A stretch of 64,000 nt of DNA from the human T2T-CHM13v2.0 reference genome, Homo sapiens: assembly GCF_009914755.1 (NCBI RefSeq), contig NC_060947.1, one strand, 5' to 3'. The position numbers and the translations under genes are program-made. Shown piece by piece: positions 34,883 to 57,450 of the stretch. Within the stretch, counting starts at the first letter, position 1. Every line of letters begins with the position of its first letter. Under the pieces are notes generated by a model. It was given only the letters and a program-made list of their open reading frames with translations, did no database searches and was not told the DNA's origin.

Positions 34883-36125
34883 TATAAAATATTGCTGAAG
34901 AAATTAAAGATAGCTAAATAATTGAGGGCTTATGTATGCATGTGTATATGTATATCTCATATTCATGATTGGAAGACCCCACTTTGAAAAAATGTCAGCT
35001 GTCCCCAAATTGGTCTATAGATTCAATGGAATCCTAATAAAAATCTAAGCAGATCTTTTTTTTTCTGTACTCTGATTATAACATTTACACGGATATGCTA
35101 AGAATCTGAAATATCAAAAAACAGTCTTTAATAGAAGAAACAAAACGACTGGGCTTTCACTTTTTTCACCTTTTGACTTTAATTAAAAAACCTTAATATC
35201 AAGCAAAAAAAATCCAATTAGAAAATGAACAGAAGACATGAAAAGATTTTTCACCAAAATGAATATATAGATGTCATATAAGCTTATGAAACTGTTTTAG
35301 GCCCTAGGGAAATGCAAATTTAAACTATGTTAAGCTATCACTTTACACCTATTAGAATGGCTAAAATTTAAAAAAAAAAAATGGTGACTGTAAGAAATGC
35401 TGCTGAGCATGCAGTGAAACTGGATGACATATATTGCTGGTGGCATAAAATGGCATAGCCACTTTACAAGATTATTTGGAAGCTTCAAAAAAAAAAAAAC
35501 ACTAAAAATGCATCTACCATATGGCCCAGCAATTGCACTCTTAGGTATTTATCTTAGAGAAATTAATACCTTTGTTCACACAAAAAGTTGTACATGAATG
35601 TTTACAGCAGCTTTATTCAATAATAACCAAAAGATGTAAATGAATAAAAACCTTACAGATATCCTTCAATAGTGAAAAGGTTAAACAAACCATGGCACAT
35701 CCATGTAATGGAATACTAGGTAACAATGAAAAATAAATGATTATTGATACACATACAACCTGGCTGAATCTCCAGTGATTGTGCAGAGTGAAAGAAACAA
35801 ACCCCAATTGGTTACAATACTGCACGATTTGTTTTATTTGACAATCTTGAAATGAAATCATACAAATGGAGAACAGATTGGGGGTAGCTATGGAATAATG
35901 AGGGGATTGGGCAGTGGTGTGGACATAAAAGGACAACATGAGAGATCTGTGTTGTGAAGAAAATGTTCTATATTAACTACAGTATTCTCATTATGACATT
36001 GTACTTATTTGGAGGATGTTACCATTGGGGGAAAATGAGTAAAGGGCACCTGGAATCTCTCTGTATTATTTCTTACAGCTTCTTGTAAATCTACAATTAT
36101 CTTAAAATAAGAAGTTTAATTAAAA
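34883..36125 (+). mobile_element. Old L1MC1/2-like 3' end
   Basis: Terminal 'ctgtattatttcttacagcttcttgtaaatctacaattatcttaaaataagaagtttaattaaaa' resembles L1MC 3' ends. Confidence 0.75.
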
Positions 36126-36389
36126 TAATGTATGCAAAATAAGCTTATTTGGTGGTGGACATGGTCAAAAGTTTATCATTTCCTATTTACTTACCTATTG
36201 TGTTACACTTATTAAGACACACCCACTTTTGCCTACTTTAAGCACAAGTTTATAGTTACTAAGACATACATTTGTTTTTATATTAGTTAGTATTTGGGAA
36301 TGGGTAACAAGAAATTTGATTTACATAGTTGTATATGTGCATGTGTGCATCCTCAGATATAAGTTCATGTTTTCATTATGAGTATATGT

Positions 36390-39280
<2,891 letters not shown>

Positions 39281-39599
39281 TTAAAAAGCAGGAAATTTAA
39301 CATCTATTTTAAAGATAAATCTTAATGGTCTTATGATAAGTGTAATAAGTCCATCATAAAAAGTATGAATCCACTTATACGAGTTAGCTAAAGTAGTTGC
39401 ACTTTTAAAAAGAGAAAATAGAATGGCATTTGTAAAGGGCCAGTCAATGGGGAAAACAGGTAGTCGATTCATGTATAGTATGTATTCATTTTGCAAGATA
39501 AAAATGTTCTGGTGATATGTTGCCAACAATGGCAATATACTTAACATGGTCTAACTATTAATATAAAATTAAAATATTTAAGATTGTAAAAAAAAAACA

Positions 39600-39790
39600 G
39601 AAGCTTTACATCCATATGTGATTTAATCTTCATAACACCATATGGCAGCTGTTATTCTACTTTACAGATGAGAAAACACACCTAGGGACATTAAGTGATT
39701 TGTTCAAGGTCAAAAACATAATGAGTGCTGGATCTAGGATTTGGATTCAGGTCTGTCTGGTCAGAGCCCAATCAGTGAGCATTCTTTGTA
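39600..39790 (-). mobile_element. MIR fragment
   Basis: MIR core 'tttacagatgagaaaac...ttaagtgatttgttcaaggtca'. Confidence 0.75.
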
Positions 39791-40189
39791 CCTCAGGCTC
39801 ACATATTTGTCATTTACAACTTAAATAAAGTAACAAAAGTTGGGCAAAGTAAATATTTTCATTTTGACAAAACCTTTCTCTGGTAAGGAAGTTTCACTCA
39901 GCTAACAGGTTTTGCTCAGAACTGTAATGGAGCCTAGATTATGACAACCTGCTTTATCAGCTTTCTTTACTGGATCTGCTAGATGTGCCTGTCATGATTA
40001 ACCTGCTTTCTACCAGGTGCTTGAATTAGGCTAGAAGTGCTGTGATGACACTTTCAGTATCAACCTAAGTTCTGCAGGTGAAAAGACAGTGACCTGGATG
40101 ACGTTGTCATTTCACCTACCCAAGACCTTAAATGCCAAGCTCGAATCCCTATCTTCAACGCTCATTATCTCATAATCACATACCTTCAG

Positions 40190-41070
40190 CCTACAAACCT
40201 GTATTGACTTCTCATCAAGCCCTATGTCAGGCTCTGGCAATACAAAGAGGAATTAGAATGACCCTGTTCTTCGAGGAGTTTATATCTAGATGGGGCATAG
40301 ACACAAAAACCTAACACATAACAGAGGGTTGTAAGTGCTATGATTTTGTTAATCTGTGGAGTGCAGGGTTACAAAAGAGTGGCATCACACCCAGTTGTAA
40401 GTTCAGGGAAGACTTACTGGAGGAGGTGGTACTTGTCCTGAACTAGATGAAGAGGTTGGGAAAGCAGATGCAAAGATAAGGAGGGAAGAGAGAACTTTCG
40501 GATAGTTGTTTGTCAGGAGCTTAGCATGTGAGGGATAGAAGGGGTTAGGGATGAAGCATAGAGTTTTTCAGACACCAGTCATGAGAGTCGAATGCTGGAC
40601 AAAGTAGATGGGTCTTGAATCTGTGGAAAATGGAGAATTATTGCGGAGTTATTGGCAGGGGTGTAATATTGTCAGATTTACATATTAGAAAGAACACTCT
40701 ATAAATAAAGGCAGAGTGATCAGCTAGATTATTTGTAGAAGTTCATGTAAACCTCAGTGAGATCTGAGCCAGACTGAGTTGAGAAGGAAGGGCTGGATTC
40801 TGTCATGAGAATAAGAGAAATGGAAGAATCTGAAGTGATTCTAGATTTTTGGCATGGCTGACTGGGTGGATGAAAATTCCATTTGTAGACCTGTAGGGGC
40901 AGCAGTCTGGGGGACAAAAGGATGAGTTTTGGACTTGTTGAGTTTGAACGATCTGGAAGACATTCACATGGATATGTCAAAAAAGGCATTTCAAGTGTCC
41001 AGTTTAGGAGACAGATGGGCTGGAGATTTGATGTTCATCAGTACTACCTGTTAGTGATCTTATAAGGATT
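40190..41070 (-). mobile_element. L2 fragment(s)
   Basis: 'gagttttggacttgttgagtttgaacgatctggaagacattcacatggatatgtcaa' and similar antisense L2 motifs. Confidence 0.7.
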
Positions 41071-41199
41071 AAATAATATGCATATGGAAAATATATATAT
41101 ACTTGCCATTTAGTTGTTTGTTGAGCATACTGAATATTTGCATACAAAGGTATACTTACAACACTTTTTTCACAAGCACAGCTGAAATAAACTATAACA

Positions 41200-41405
41200 A
41201 CTACCACTTATACTATTTACCATAAATTGTGCTAAATGTTTTTACTTATTATCTAGTGTTTATGGTAACCCTTTGATATAGGAGTAGTTATTCCCATTTT
41301 TTTTCTTATGAGTAAACTGACTAGGAGATATAGTGTAGGTTGGCCAGGGCTACACAGTAGCAGAACTGGGGAATTCCAAGGCCAGTGTTCTTTCTTATGA
41401 CGCAT
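41200..41405 (-). mobile_element. MIR fragment immediately upstream of the FAAH2 promoter region
   Basis: 'ttattcccatttt...atgagtaaactga...ggccagggctacacagtag'. Confidence 0.65.
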
Positions 41406-41409
41406 TTTC

Positions 41410-41658
41410 TGTCTTGGGTTACAACAGCACTAACGACAGGTAGCATTGCACACAGGCAGCTGCTGGGAAGTCTCCGCCCCCATCTCTGGCTAGGAGCCCT
41501 GCAGGTGATGATAAACAAGCTCCTGTGGAATTGTGGGTAGACACTGGACTTGTAAACGAAAAGCTTCATAAGTCCCTCTTTGCTTAGTACTTTTCTCGTC
41601 CTTTCCCCAGGGTGCACGTAACCCTCAAGCACTAGGACCGTGCGGAATCCAGGCTGCG
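41410..41658 (+). promoter_or_regulatory. FAAH2: Probable FAAH2 proximal promoter / 5'UTR (TATA-less, only a weak CpG cluster)
   Basis: Unique non-repeat sequence before the ATG with locally raised GC/CpG. GC-box-like 'ctccgcccc' at ~41472. The TSS cannot be determined from sequence. Confidence 0.55.
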
Positions 41659-41850
41659 ATGGCACCTTCATTTACCGCCCGCATTCAGTTGTTCCTCTTG
41701 CGGGCGCTAGGCTTTCTCATAGGCTTAGTAGGCCGAGCAGCTTTAGTCTTAGGGGGCCCAAAGTTTGCCTCAAAGACCCCTCGGCCGGTGACTGAACCAT
41801 TGCTTCTGCTTTCGGGGATGCAGCTGGCCAAGCTGATCCGACAGAGAAAG
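41659..41850 (+). CDS. FAAH2: FAAH2 coding exon 1 (aa 1-64; hydrophobic N-terminal membrane/lipid-droplet targeting region)
   Basis: Translates MAPSFTARIQLFLLRALGFLIGLVGRAALVLGGPKFASKTPRPVTEPLLLLSGMQLAKLIRQRK, matching the recalled human FAAH2 N-terminus. Kozak GCGATGG. Donor AAG|GTGAGA after 192 nt (phase 0). Confidence 0.97.
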
Positions 41851-42865
41851 GTGAGAATGCAATTCAGAAGAGGCTGGAGGGACAGGTCTTTTAGCAGGAT
41901 CCAGGAAGCTTAGTGGTGGCGGTGGTTGTGGTTTCCTTTCCATTCTCTACTAGGGCGACTTAGGAGAGGCATTTATTGGGGATGAAGGGAGACTTCTGGG
42001 TGTTGTAGTACGTTTATTTTTACCAAGGACATTTACTGTGGGCATGGGTTGGACTATTTTGGTACCGTCATAGTCCTTCCTATCCATTTGTCCTATTTGT
42101 GCATAATTACTGTGTGTGGGGTAAAGCAGGTGTGAATTTCAAACTGATTCTCAGCTATGGAAAGTCAGTCTCTCTCTTTCTCTCTCCCTCTCCCTTTCTC
42201 TCTCTCTATTCTTCCGTCTCTCACAGGCCCCAGATCAACCTGCTGCTTACCATTCAACCAATTCTTTTTAAAATTGATTTAAAGTAAAAGTAGTACTTGG
42301 TCTAGGATAGTAAAAGCTGCGTCTACCATATATTTATTGCATAGTATATGTGAAATACTCTGCCTGGGTACTTAAACATATTCTATTTCACGGATGCAGT
42401 TATATAGGCAATATTCATATTTTATGCATAAGGAAACTGAAGTAAAATGATTTGCACAAAAATTGTTGAAAGTTCTAAATTAAAAAAATTAAGCAGCTCA
42501 TTCGTTCTCTATAGAATTGTGCAGGCAGGACTATTCATCTCTGTCATATAAGTGATTGGTTACCTGGAGATCTTGAGCTACAGTCTAGTATTGTTTATTT
42601 ATACTCTGCTTGTTTTCACCTCTCTGCTGTTTCATTTGTTTTTCGTCATTGCTTTATTTCCAGAATCTACAATACTACTTAACAAAGAATAGGCATGCAG
42701 CAAATACTATCTCAGTATGTGCTCCTGAATGTATGAATTATTAATATTTGTATTGTACTCCTGGTTACCTTTCAAAGACATATCCTGTCTTCTTGCCGTA
42801 CCCCCTCCCCAGCCTCTACCCACTCATGCATGCTTTTCTACCAGTTAGGGAGGCAATGGGATGTA

Positions 42866-42958
42866 TTCGGTTGGTGCAAAAGTAATTGTGATTTTGTAAT
42901 TGAGATTTTGACATTACTTTTAATGGCAAAAATCACAATTACTTTTGCACCAACCTAA
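42866..42958. mobile_element. MADE1 (Hsmar1-derived mariner MITE) with a short internal duplication
   Basis: TIRs 'ttcggttggtgcaaaagtaattg' / 'caattacttttgcaccaacctaa', flanked by TA at 42864-65 and 42959-60. Confidence 0.93.
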
Positions 42959-43079
42959 TAGTAGAAAGATGATATATTTCAAATTTTGGACTGTCTGTTC
43001 ATGGCTCTGTGACCTTGTGCCACACCAATAGCAGATAATACATATCAAGAACCTGGCACATAGAAGATTGTGTAACATA

Positions 43080-43650
<571 letters not shown>

Positions 43651-45299
43651 TTATTACTATCATCAAGTTTTTGGTAACTAGCCATTTTTTATTCATGCTT
43701 GCCCATGAGATGAGATGATCTAGATATAGTTTATCTAGATTTATAAAAATGTTCTGAAGGGGAGAAGTGGAGTGGATACAAAGTTTTATTTATCCCTTAG
43801 TTTCTGACTTTTTTAAACATGGAAATATTGTTACTGCAAAACAACTAAATTTCTTAAACACCTACCATGTGCCACTTGATAAGGCAAACATTTTACTTAG
43901 ATTTTTGTAAATTGAATCTTCATAATGACATTTTGAGGTACATATGATTATCATCATCTTACAGAGAAGGAAAATAAAGTTTAGAGCTTTCTAATAGCTT
44001 GTCCAATGCCACACAGCTAGAAAGTGGTAGAGCCAGGTAAATCTTACTCAATTTTTGTTGGCACTTTATGGAAGAGTATGCTTCTTGATAACGAGCTCTG
44101 ATTGAACAGTCAGTTTCCTGTGAGTCAGTGTCTACTGTCTTTTGCTTGCTTTTGTGTCCCTATGATTACTCTTCTATTATTCAGAATTCAGGCTACCACT
44201 ATGTCTTCTGAACCTCCACAGCCTCAGTTGGTATCCAAGGTTGGGCCTTGCCAAAAATACATCAACTTATGGCCACCATCATACATAGCCTGGTCATTTG
44301 GATATTTGATTTTGTTGATGATCCGAAAGTCAATGAGGTTTTGAAACCGTAAGTCCCACCCTTTATTCATCTCCTTTGTTAGGAGACAAGGGTGGAAAGA
44401 GGCTTCATTGCATGATCTTTTTTACTTTCAGATTTTTGAAACGTGTGCTCATGTTACCTATTTATAATAAATATAATCAATACTTTAGAAAATTAGAAAA
44501 AAGTATTTTCAGTTTTTAGATAAGTAATAAAAAATAAGTATGAAGTTGATCTAAAGGAACAGATACGTAAATAGTTCTGAATTATGTTACGTGGTAAAAA
44601 TATAAGGTACTGAACAATGAATATAATATGATTCCTTTTGTGTGAAGAAGGGAGAGAGAGCTGAAGAGAGGGGAGAAGGGAATAAGGGAGAGAGGGAGGG
44701 AAAGAGAGAGAGAGTGAGAAGCTTTCACTTTTCATTTGTACTTTTCTGTAGTGAATGGATTTTCTAACGATGTACCTAGTCTTCATTTCTCTTACGACAG
44801 CAAGGTTCATTTGGAATAAGCAAACACAAATATCCAGGCTCAGCTATGTGACTTTGGTTAAGTCACTTAACCTCAGTGAGCCTCAATGACTTCATCTGTA
44901 AAATGGGGATAACATTACATGTGTTGCTAGGAATATTTAATGACATAATATATATAAAGTTCTTGGCATATAATAAGTATTTAGCAAATGGCAATTATGG
45001 TCATGTTAACTTCTACCTCTAACCCCTGCTTTTTTTTTTTTTTTTCTCACGTGCTGCATGCTACAAACTCAATTACGGTAGCAGTGGCAGTTGAAGATCT
45101 TTGGGGTTGTATACGTTGATGGAGTGACCAGGTACTAGACATCAGCTTGACAATCCAGGCTCTTAATGCTAGAGCTCTGTATACACTAGACTATTGAGTT
45201 ATGGTGGCTGAAATCTCTGTCTGTGCATGCATTTAACAAACATTTACTGAAAACCTACTAGACGCATAATTCTAAAGGACAAGTAGAGTTAACCCAAAA

Positions 45300-46600
45300 G
45301 AAAAAGTACATGTAACTTTCTTTTATAATTTCATAAATCTCCCCTGTATCTATGGTTGTACCTTATTTTTTCATTCTTAATACTAACCATTTTTCTGCAC
45401 ACACTCTTTCTCCATCATGCTTGTTGCAGTTTATCCATTTGATAGATATTTAAAAGTTAGTTCATCTTTTTATACTGGTTTTGTTGTTACTGTTCCTATT
45501 TTATTTCTGTTATTAAATTTTATCTTGATCTTGTTATTCTTTAAAAAAATTGCTTTATTTTTCTATTATTTTAAGTTGAATACCTTATATATTGTCTTAC
45601 TTTTTATAAATAAAAGCATATTAGGACAATTTTAGCCACAATCAATATATTTGATAAGAAATGATCCTCTTTTTGTGAATTTCCTGATAATTTGCCATTT
45701 TAGTTTTGTTTACCTCTTAGATCCATTGGTTATATGGAAGAATGTTTTTGAAATAATTAAGCCTTCTAAATATCACTGTTTAATTTTGGGTTTCTAATAT
45801 TTCTGGATATGATAATTTGTCAAATTGACTTAGAAATTCTCTAAAACCATTTGGGATTTAAGATTTGCTTTGTGTGACATGATTATTTTTTGTTAATGAT
45901 TGATGAATAAAGAACATATTCTTGATGGAGTAAAAATTCTCCCTCACTATGCATTTGAGCATGTTGGTTGTATTATTAAATTCTTGGATATATCCTCACT
46001 TTTTACTCCTTGGTCTGTGAGTCTCTGAGGGAGCTATATTGTTTACTACTGTACTTATACATCTGGTCAACTTCTCTTTGTATTTGTAGTATATGCTTCA
46101 TGTATTTGCCAGCTTTATTAAAACAGAAAAGTATATGACTGTTACAGCATCCTCATGTATCATACCATTTTAGGTTTCAGTTTTAAAATTTGCTTTCTCT
46201 AATATTAATGATACCACCTCTCCTTTCTTATTGTTTGTTTTCACCTAGTATATGTTTGCCTAACTCTTTGTTTTCAATCTTTCATTGTCTTTTTGTTCCA
46301 GATGAATTTCATATAAACATTGTATAGCTGAGCTTTTTTTAAAACCAAATTTAATGCTTTTGCCCTCTGGCAGGGGAATTCAGTCCTTCACACTTATTAT
46401 GTAATTGGTTTAATCCTTTTCACTTGATGTAATGTTTATAATTTATCATACTTGCTTTTTCTTTTCCTTTCCTTCTTTTTTCTGTCTTGATCTGATTTCT
46501 TTTTAATTATTTTTCTCTCCTCATTACTTGGGGGTTCTGTTTTGCTTTGCAATTTTCTAATGTTTATTGTCTCATGTCTAAGAATTAACATTAAAACTAC
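45300..46600 (-). mobile_element. Very old L1M (L1ME-like) antisense remnant
   Basis: T-rich, with 'aatattaatgataccacctctcctttcttattgtttgttttcacctagtatatg' resembling the antisense ORF2 EN region. Confidence 0.55.
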
Positions 46601-46698
46601 AATTGTATATAATAATTAAATTATAATCCTGTAGCACCCACCCAGGATGTTTTACTTGTCTCATTCCTGCTCACATGCTTAACTTAAGACCTTTGGTT

Positions 46699-46888
46699 TA
46701 GTGTTGGTAAATTTAGCAAACAAAAGTACAATATGCTTAGCTAAATTTAAATTTAAGATAAATAACAAATAGATTTCAGTATAATCATCCTCATGCAATT
46801 ATTGGGACATACTTATATTAAAAATTACTCTCTATTCATTTGAAATTCAAATTTAACTTGATTTCCTGTATTTTATCTGGAAACCCTA
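46699..46888. mobile_element. MER53 palindromic hAT MITE
   Basis: 'atttagcaaacaaaagtaca...tgggacatacttata...tgaaattcaaatttaact...cctgtattttatctggaaaccta' matches the recalled MER53 consensus. Confidence 0.85.
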
Positions 46889-47328
46889 CCTTTATGCCCT
46901 TTTATGTCTCCACTCTCCAACTCTTGGTTTTGCAGAGTTGATGTATACTGTTAAGTTTCAGTGTATTACTGAAACAATATCTATTTTTTTATTGATTATT
47001 TACTAGAACAAAATATTTGCTAGTTTAGTATATATACATAATATCTCTGAACTCCAATTTATATTTAATTTCAGCAGAGTTTATTCCTTTTATCCCTACT
47101 CATTGTTTGGAACTTTCTTATACTGGTATATTCCTGACTTCTTACCTTCAAAGTAGACATCTTATACCTCCTTAGCTTCATATTTTGCCTCATGGGGGAC
47201 TACACTGTGTAATTCACTGAAAGTGTCTCAAAAAATGATTAATGTACATAGGAGTCTTTCAGGAAATACTTGTTGAATGAATTGTTTAGTGAATAAATGG
47301 CTGCAGACTAAAGTATTGTATTTTGCAG

Positions 47329-47411
47329 GTGAAATGTATAGATGTTGTTCAGGCTTATATCAACAGAATCAAGGACGTGAACCCAATGATCAATGGAATT
47401 GTCAAGTACAG
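47329..47411 (+). CDS. FAAH2: FAAH2 coding exon 2 (83 nt; VKCIDVVQAYINRIKDVNPMINGIVKY-R)
   Basis: Acceptor ttttgcag|GTG and donor CAG|gtgagc. In frame with exon 1. The peptide is the amidase-signature family N-terminal motif (YINRI..VNP.ING). Not in the ORF track because it has no start codon of its own. Confidence 0.96.
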
Positions 47412-49249
47412 GTGAGCATTTCCACTCTCTCAAGGAGTCATTTATGGTGGTTTTTGTTCTACTTCTGTGGTCATGCCACCTTAGCATATTTCCTAGATTC
47501 TTCTTTCTCTTTGTCCTTCCCTTGTTCTCACTGGGAACTTCTCTGACTTCTAATTTCAGTATTTTGTCCTTTGTTGAGTGTTTATGATTATTTGTCTGCA
47601 TCCTCCTCCTATTAACTGCAAGATCCTTGATGGCAAGGACTAAATTTTGTTGTTTTTGCATATCCAACATCCAGAACAAGGTCTACAGTTTGGTAGGCAT
47701 CATTGAACATTTACTGAATAGATTAATATTTGGCAGTGACTCTAATAGGAGAACCCCCCTACACATGCACACTTTTTTGAATGTGTATTTAGCATAGTAG
47801 ATAGTATTTTATATAGGTATCATATACGTTACTTCTGTGTCTCTATTGCTAAGTAAACACTTCTCAGCAGCTCTGAGGTATTAGAGGGCCAAAAACCTGG
47901 ATTATTTTCTTTGTAATATTCTGTTTAATGGGTAGTACAGTTCTTCTTAGCACACCATGACATAGGGTGCCATCGTGTAGCTCTCAGCCATTCATGTACC
48001 ATCTTTAGGATTTTTGTCTTGTTTGCACGTCAGCTTTGTTGTTGTTAATATACTTATTAAAATTGAGTCACTTATTCTAACTTAATCATTTTAAAATGAA
48101 ACTTTATATCACTACACATATTGAAAACCTATCATTTAACATGGATGGTTAATATAAATAAAATGAAAACTAGCCAATATCATGAAATTATAGACATTTA
48201 AAATATTTTAATGAAATATAAGTACTGCATCAAATGGATTTGTATCATAATAGATACTTTATACATGTTTTCTCATTTGATCATCTCAACAGCATTTCAA
48301 AAAATGTATGTGACAACCATGATTCAAGAATATGGATATGTGATGCCAAGCTTACATAACAGAACTATGGGGTGGTTCTATGTTTCAGGAGGTCCTGACT
48401 TGTCTCTTTCTTCTGTGAACCAACTTTTACCTGAAATGTAATTTGGGGGTACTTTTGGGGCAGAGTGTATCTTTAAACATTTGAGAGAGATTCTATTATT
48501 TAAATTTTCTGTTGCCTTTTAAAAAGGAGTTTCGAAGAAGGGGGTCAGTTGTTGCAGAGCTTGTTTTTGTGTATGAGGACATAGATAAAGACCTGAGAGA
48601 AAATCAAAATTTTGACCTTGTTGAAAATAATGAGTTTGGGCTACTACTAGGAGACTGGAGAGGGTGCTTGTGGGTAAATGGGGGGAGCATGGCAGGGCAG
48701 TGACTGTCAGGGGATTGGAGATTTGAAGAGAGAGAAAACAGGACTGTTTCTAAGACAGAGACCTTAGGTAAAATAAAAAGATGCTCAGAAATAATTTTAT
48801 GAAGTTCATGCATGCTATGTGTGACATCTGTGCTTTTTTCCTCCCTCCTGTAAAGGGCCCCCAAATGGGCTTACTGTCCTGATAACAGTGTTTTTATTTT
48901 ACTAGAAATTTAAAACACTGGCATTAAGATGAAAAATATGTGTAAAGCACCTAGTATAGAACCTTCCATCAATCCCTCAGTGTTAGCTCTTTTATTGTTA
49001 TGGTTGTTATTACAACATGAGCTCAATAAATGGAGCTGTCCTTATGATTACACACAGTTCTATTGCATTGTTATCCCTGTTTGCTTGGCACTAAAACTTA
49101 CTCTCAAGGCAGTTCAATGATTAAAATCACACAGCTACAAAATAGTAGGAAGATATGTGAACTTTAATTATGCTGGCTTCTAGCTTTGTCTTTCTTTGGC
49201 TTCCAGCTTTGTGTTTGTGATTGACTGATGAGAAAATAGTCACTGCTTT

Positions 49250-49675
49250 TTTACCTCCTTCCCAAACCTGTTCTTCCATCCAGTCACACAAGCAAGATAC
49301 CTAGGTGTACCCCTAGACTCTACCTTCTTCCTTCTTTTCCCAAATCTATCTTCTAACTCTAATTAATCAACAAGTTTTACTGGCTCTTCTTCTTTATTTA
49401 TCATCATGTCAAACTTGTTTTCCTTCATATCCTATTCTAATCGTACGGAACTACTCTATTTCTCCTGATCCATTTATGCTCTCTATCATCTGCATAACTT
49501 TGCACATGTTATTACTTTTGCCTGGAACACTTTCCCTTTCCCCACCTCTCCTTTATTTGGCTTAGTTAATTTTTTAGGACTCAGTCCAGTTCTCAATTTT
49601 ACATTATCTAATCATCTCAGTCTCTGTGAGATTTCTACTCTGAGCTCCCAGAGCACATTGTGCTCATGTCACTTT
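49250..49675 (+). mobile_element. L2 fragment
   Basis: 'ctttgcacatgttattacttttgcctggaacactttccc' is a typical L2 motif. It probably continues at ~56560-56710. Confidence 0.65.
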
Positions 49676-49676
49676 T

Positions 49677-50300
49677 GTATCATGAAGGGCCCAGAAACCA
49701 CACTATTTTAACAAAGAATTTAATATAGGGAATTGGTAGAATAGATGTTTAAGGAATGAAAAAACAAAAAAAAAGTAACACTGAAGTAACACCAAGATGA
49801 TAACTGCAGGAAACAGCAAACTGAGGGAACACCCTAGGTATGAGGGAACAAAGGGAAGAAATTGGGATTATCAGAATCTAGGAGCTCAAAGGAAATGCCT
49901 GCAGAGCTGGGACCAAGACATCTGTGAAGAGGGTGTTGCCTGGCTGCTGCTTCTACCTCAGAAACTTTGAAAGGGGACCTCATATTCAGAGCTGTGGTTC
50001 AGAATTCTGAGAAGCAGCTGCCAGCTGACTGGTGCCAGTATTTCTGAGGGTGTGTGATGAGACTAGTTCTAGAGTGTGGGAAGAAATAGGAAACTGGAAT
50101 CAACTACTGTTGCCTGGATGAAAGGCTATTGTTGAAACAATGGTGTCAGGAACAGCAGGCAAACTGGAAGAAACAAACCCCTTCACCTCTTTTCTTTCCT
50201 CCTAGTCTTTCTCTGGCACCCATATTTGAAGGATCCAAGAGGGCACAAATTATCAAAGGAAAGTTTAGTTTTCTGAGTCCCATCAGAAAGTGGCATATAG
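49677..50300 (-). mobile_element. Ancient LTR (LTR78/79-like, uncertain), host of the L1 insertion; resumes ~56502-56560
   Basis: 'agaaaccacactattttaacaaagaatttaatatagggaattggt' resembles an antisense ancient-LTR 3' end, with TG...CA ends across the L1. Confidence 0.45.
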
Positions 50301-50301
50301 A

Positions 50302-56500
<6,199 letters not shown>

Positions 56501-56999
56501 TGTGGCATATAGAATACTTGTTTCAGGGCTGAGAGATAATAATATAAAAACTGGTTCAACATTGCATAGTCATTGTGGTGTTGGTTGTCTCACCCACCAG
56601 ACTCTGAGTTCCTCAGTGGCATGGACCATATCTTTTTAATCTTATTGTCTTCAGTGTGTAGAACATGATCTGAGATTTAGCATTTCTTCAGTAAGTAACG
56701 AATTAATATACATGTGTTTAGACAATGTTTGTTTTGGAGCTCCTGAATGCAGTTTCGTCTTATGCTCTGCAATCTGTTGGCTTCCTATATCTTCCTGGAT
56801 TATGATTTATTGTTCACTGTTTTTCTTGCTTGCCTGGAAAAGTACAAATTTGTTACTAGTTTTAGACTTTGCTCCCTGAAGCATCTATTGTCATGCATTT
56901 CATCCAATAGGTATATTCTTCCCAATCTGTGAATGACATAGAAAATGGTCACGGCAAACTTTCTGGGAGCCCTAGAGTCCAGAGATGTCAAGACTCAAA

Positions 57000-57450
57000 A
57001 TACACACTTACAGAATCACACAGACCTGGGACAAAATTCTTCCTCTGTTAGTTATTTCATGAACTTAGGCATGTTTTTGAATCTCTGTGAATCTTTGTTT
57101 TATCCTTTCTAAAGGGGAAAATAATATGGACCCTCAAAATTTATAGTTTTATGGATTTAAATGCTTGAAAACACTTTCATTCATTTATCCCACAAATGGT
57201 TATTGAATGCTTACTATACACCTGGTAGCATGCTAGGTGTTGAAGATATAAAGATAAACACAACAGTCCCTGACTTCTTTCAGCTCCCAGTCTGGTGGTT
57301 GAAGCATGAGAATAACCATTATTTACAGCACAGTGGAATTAGTGCTCTGATAGGGGAAGAAAAGAGTACTGTGGTATCATAGAGAAGGTTACTGATCCAA
57401 GACTGGAGAGGTGTCAGAAAAGGCTTTCTGGAGAAAGTGATATAATGTGT
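57000..57450. mobile_element. MIR (+) followed by an L2 3' end (-)
   Basis: 'gaacttaggcatgtttttgaatctctgtgaatctttgtttt', then 'ttcattcatttatcccacaaatggttattgaatgcttactata'. Confidence 0.65.

Noticed and set aside
41851-41913. C-terminal 20 aa of the 84-aa ORF 41659..41913
   Set aside because: This is read-through into intron 1 past the GTGAGA donor. Exon 2 supplies the true continuation.
47277-47679. ORFs 47277..47546, 47393..47587 and 47308..47679 overlapping exon 2
   Set aside because: They are in a different frame or strand from the FAAH2 exon and show no recognisable homology.
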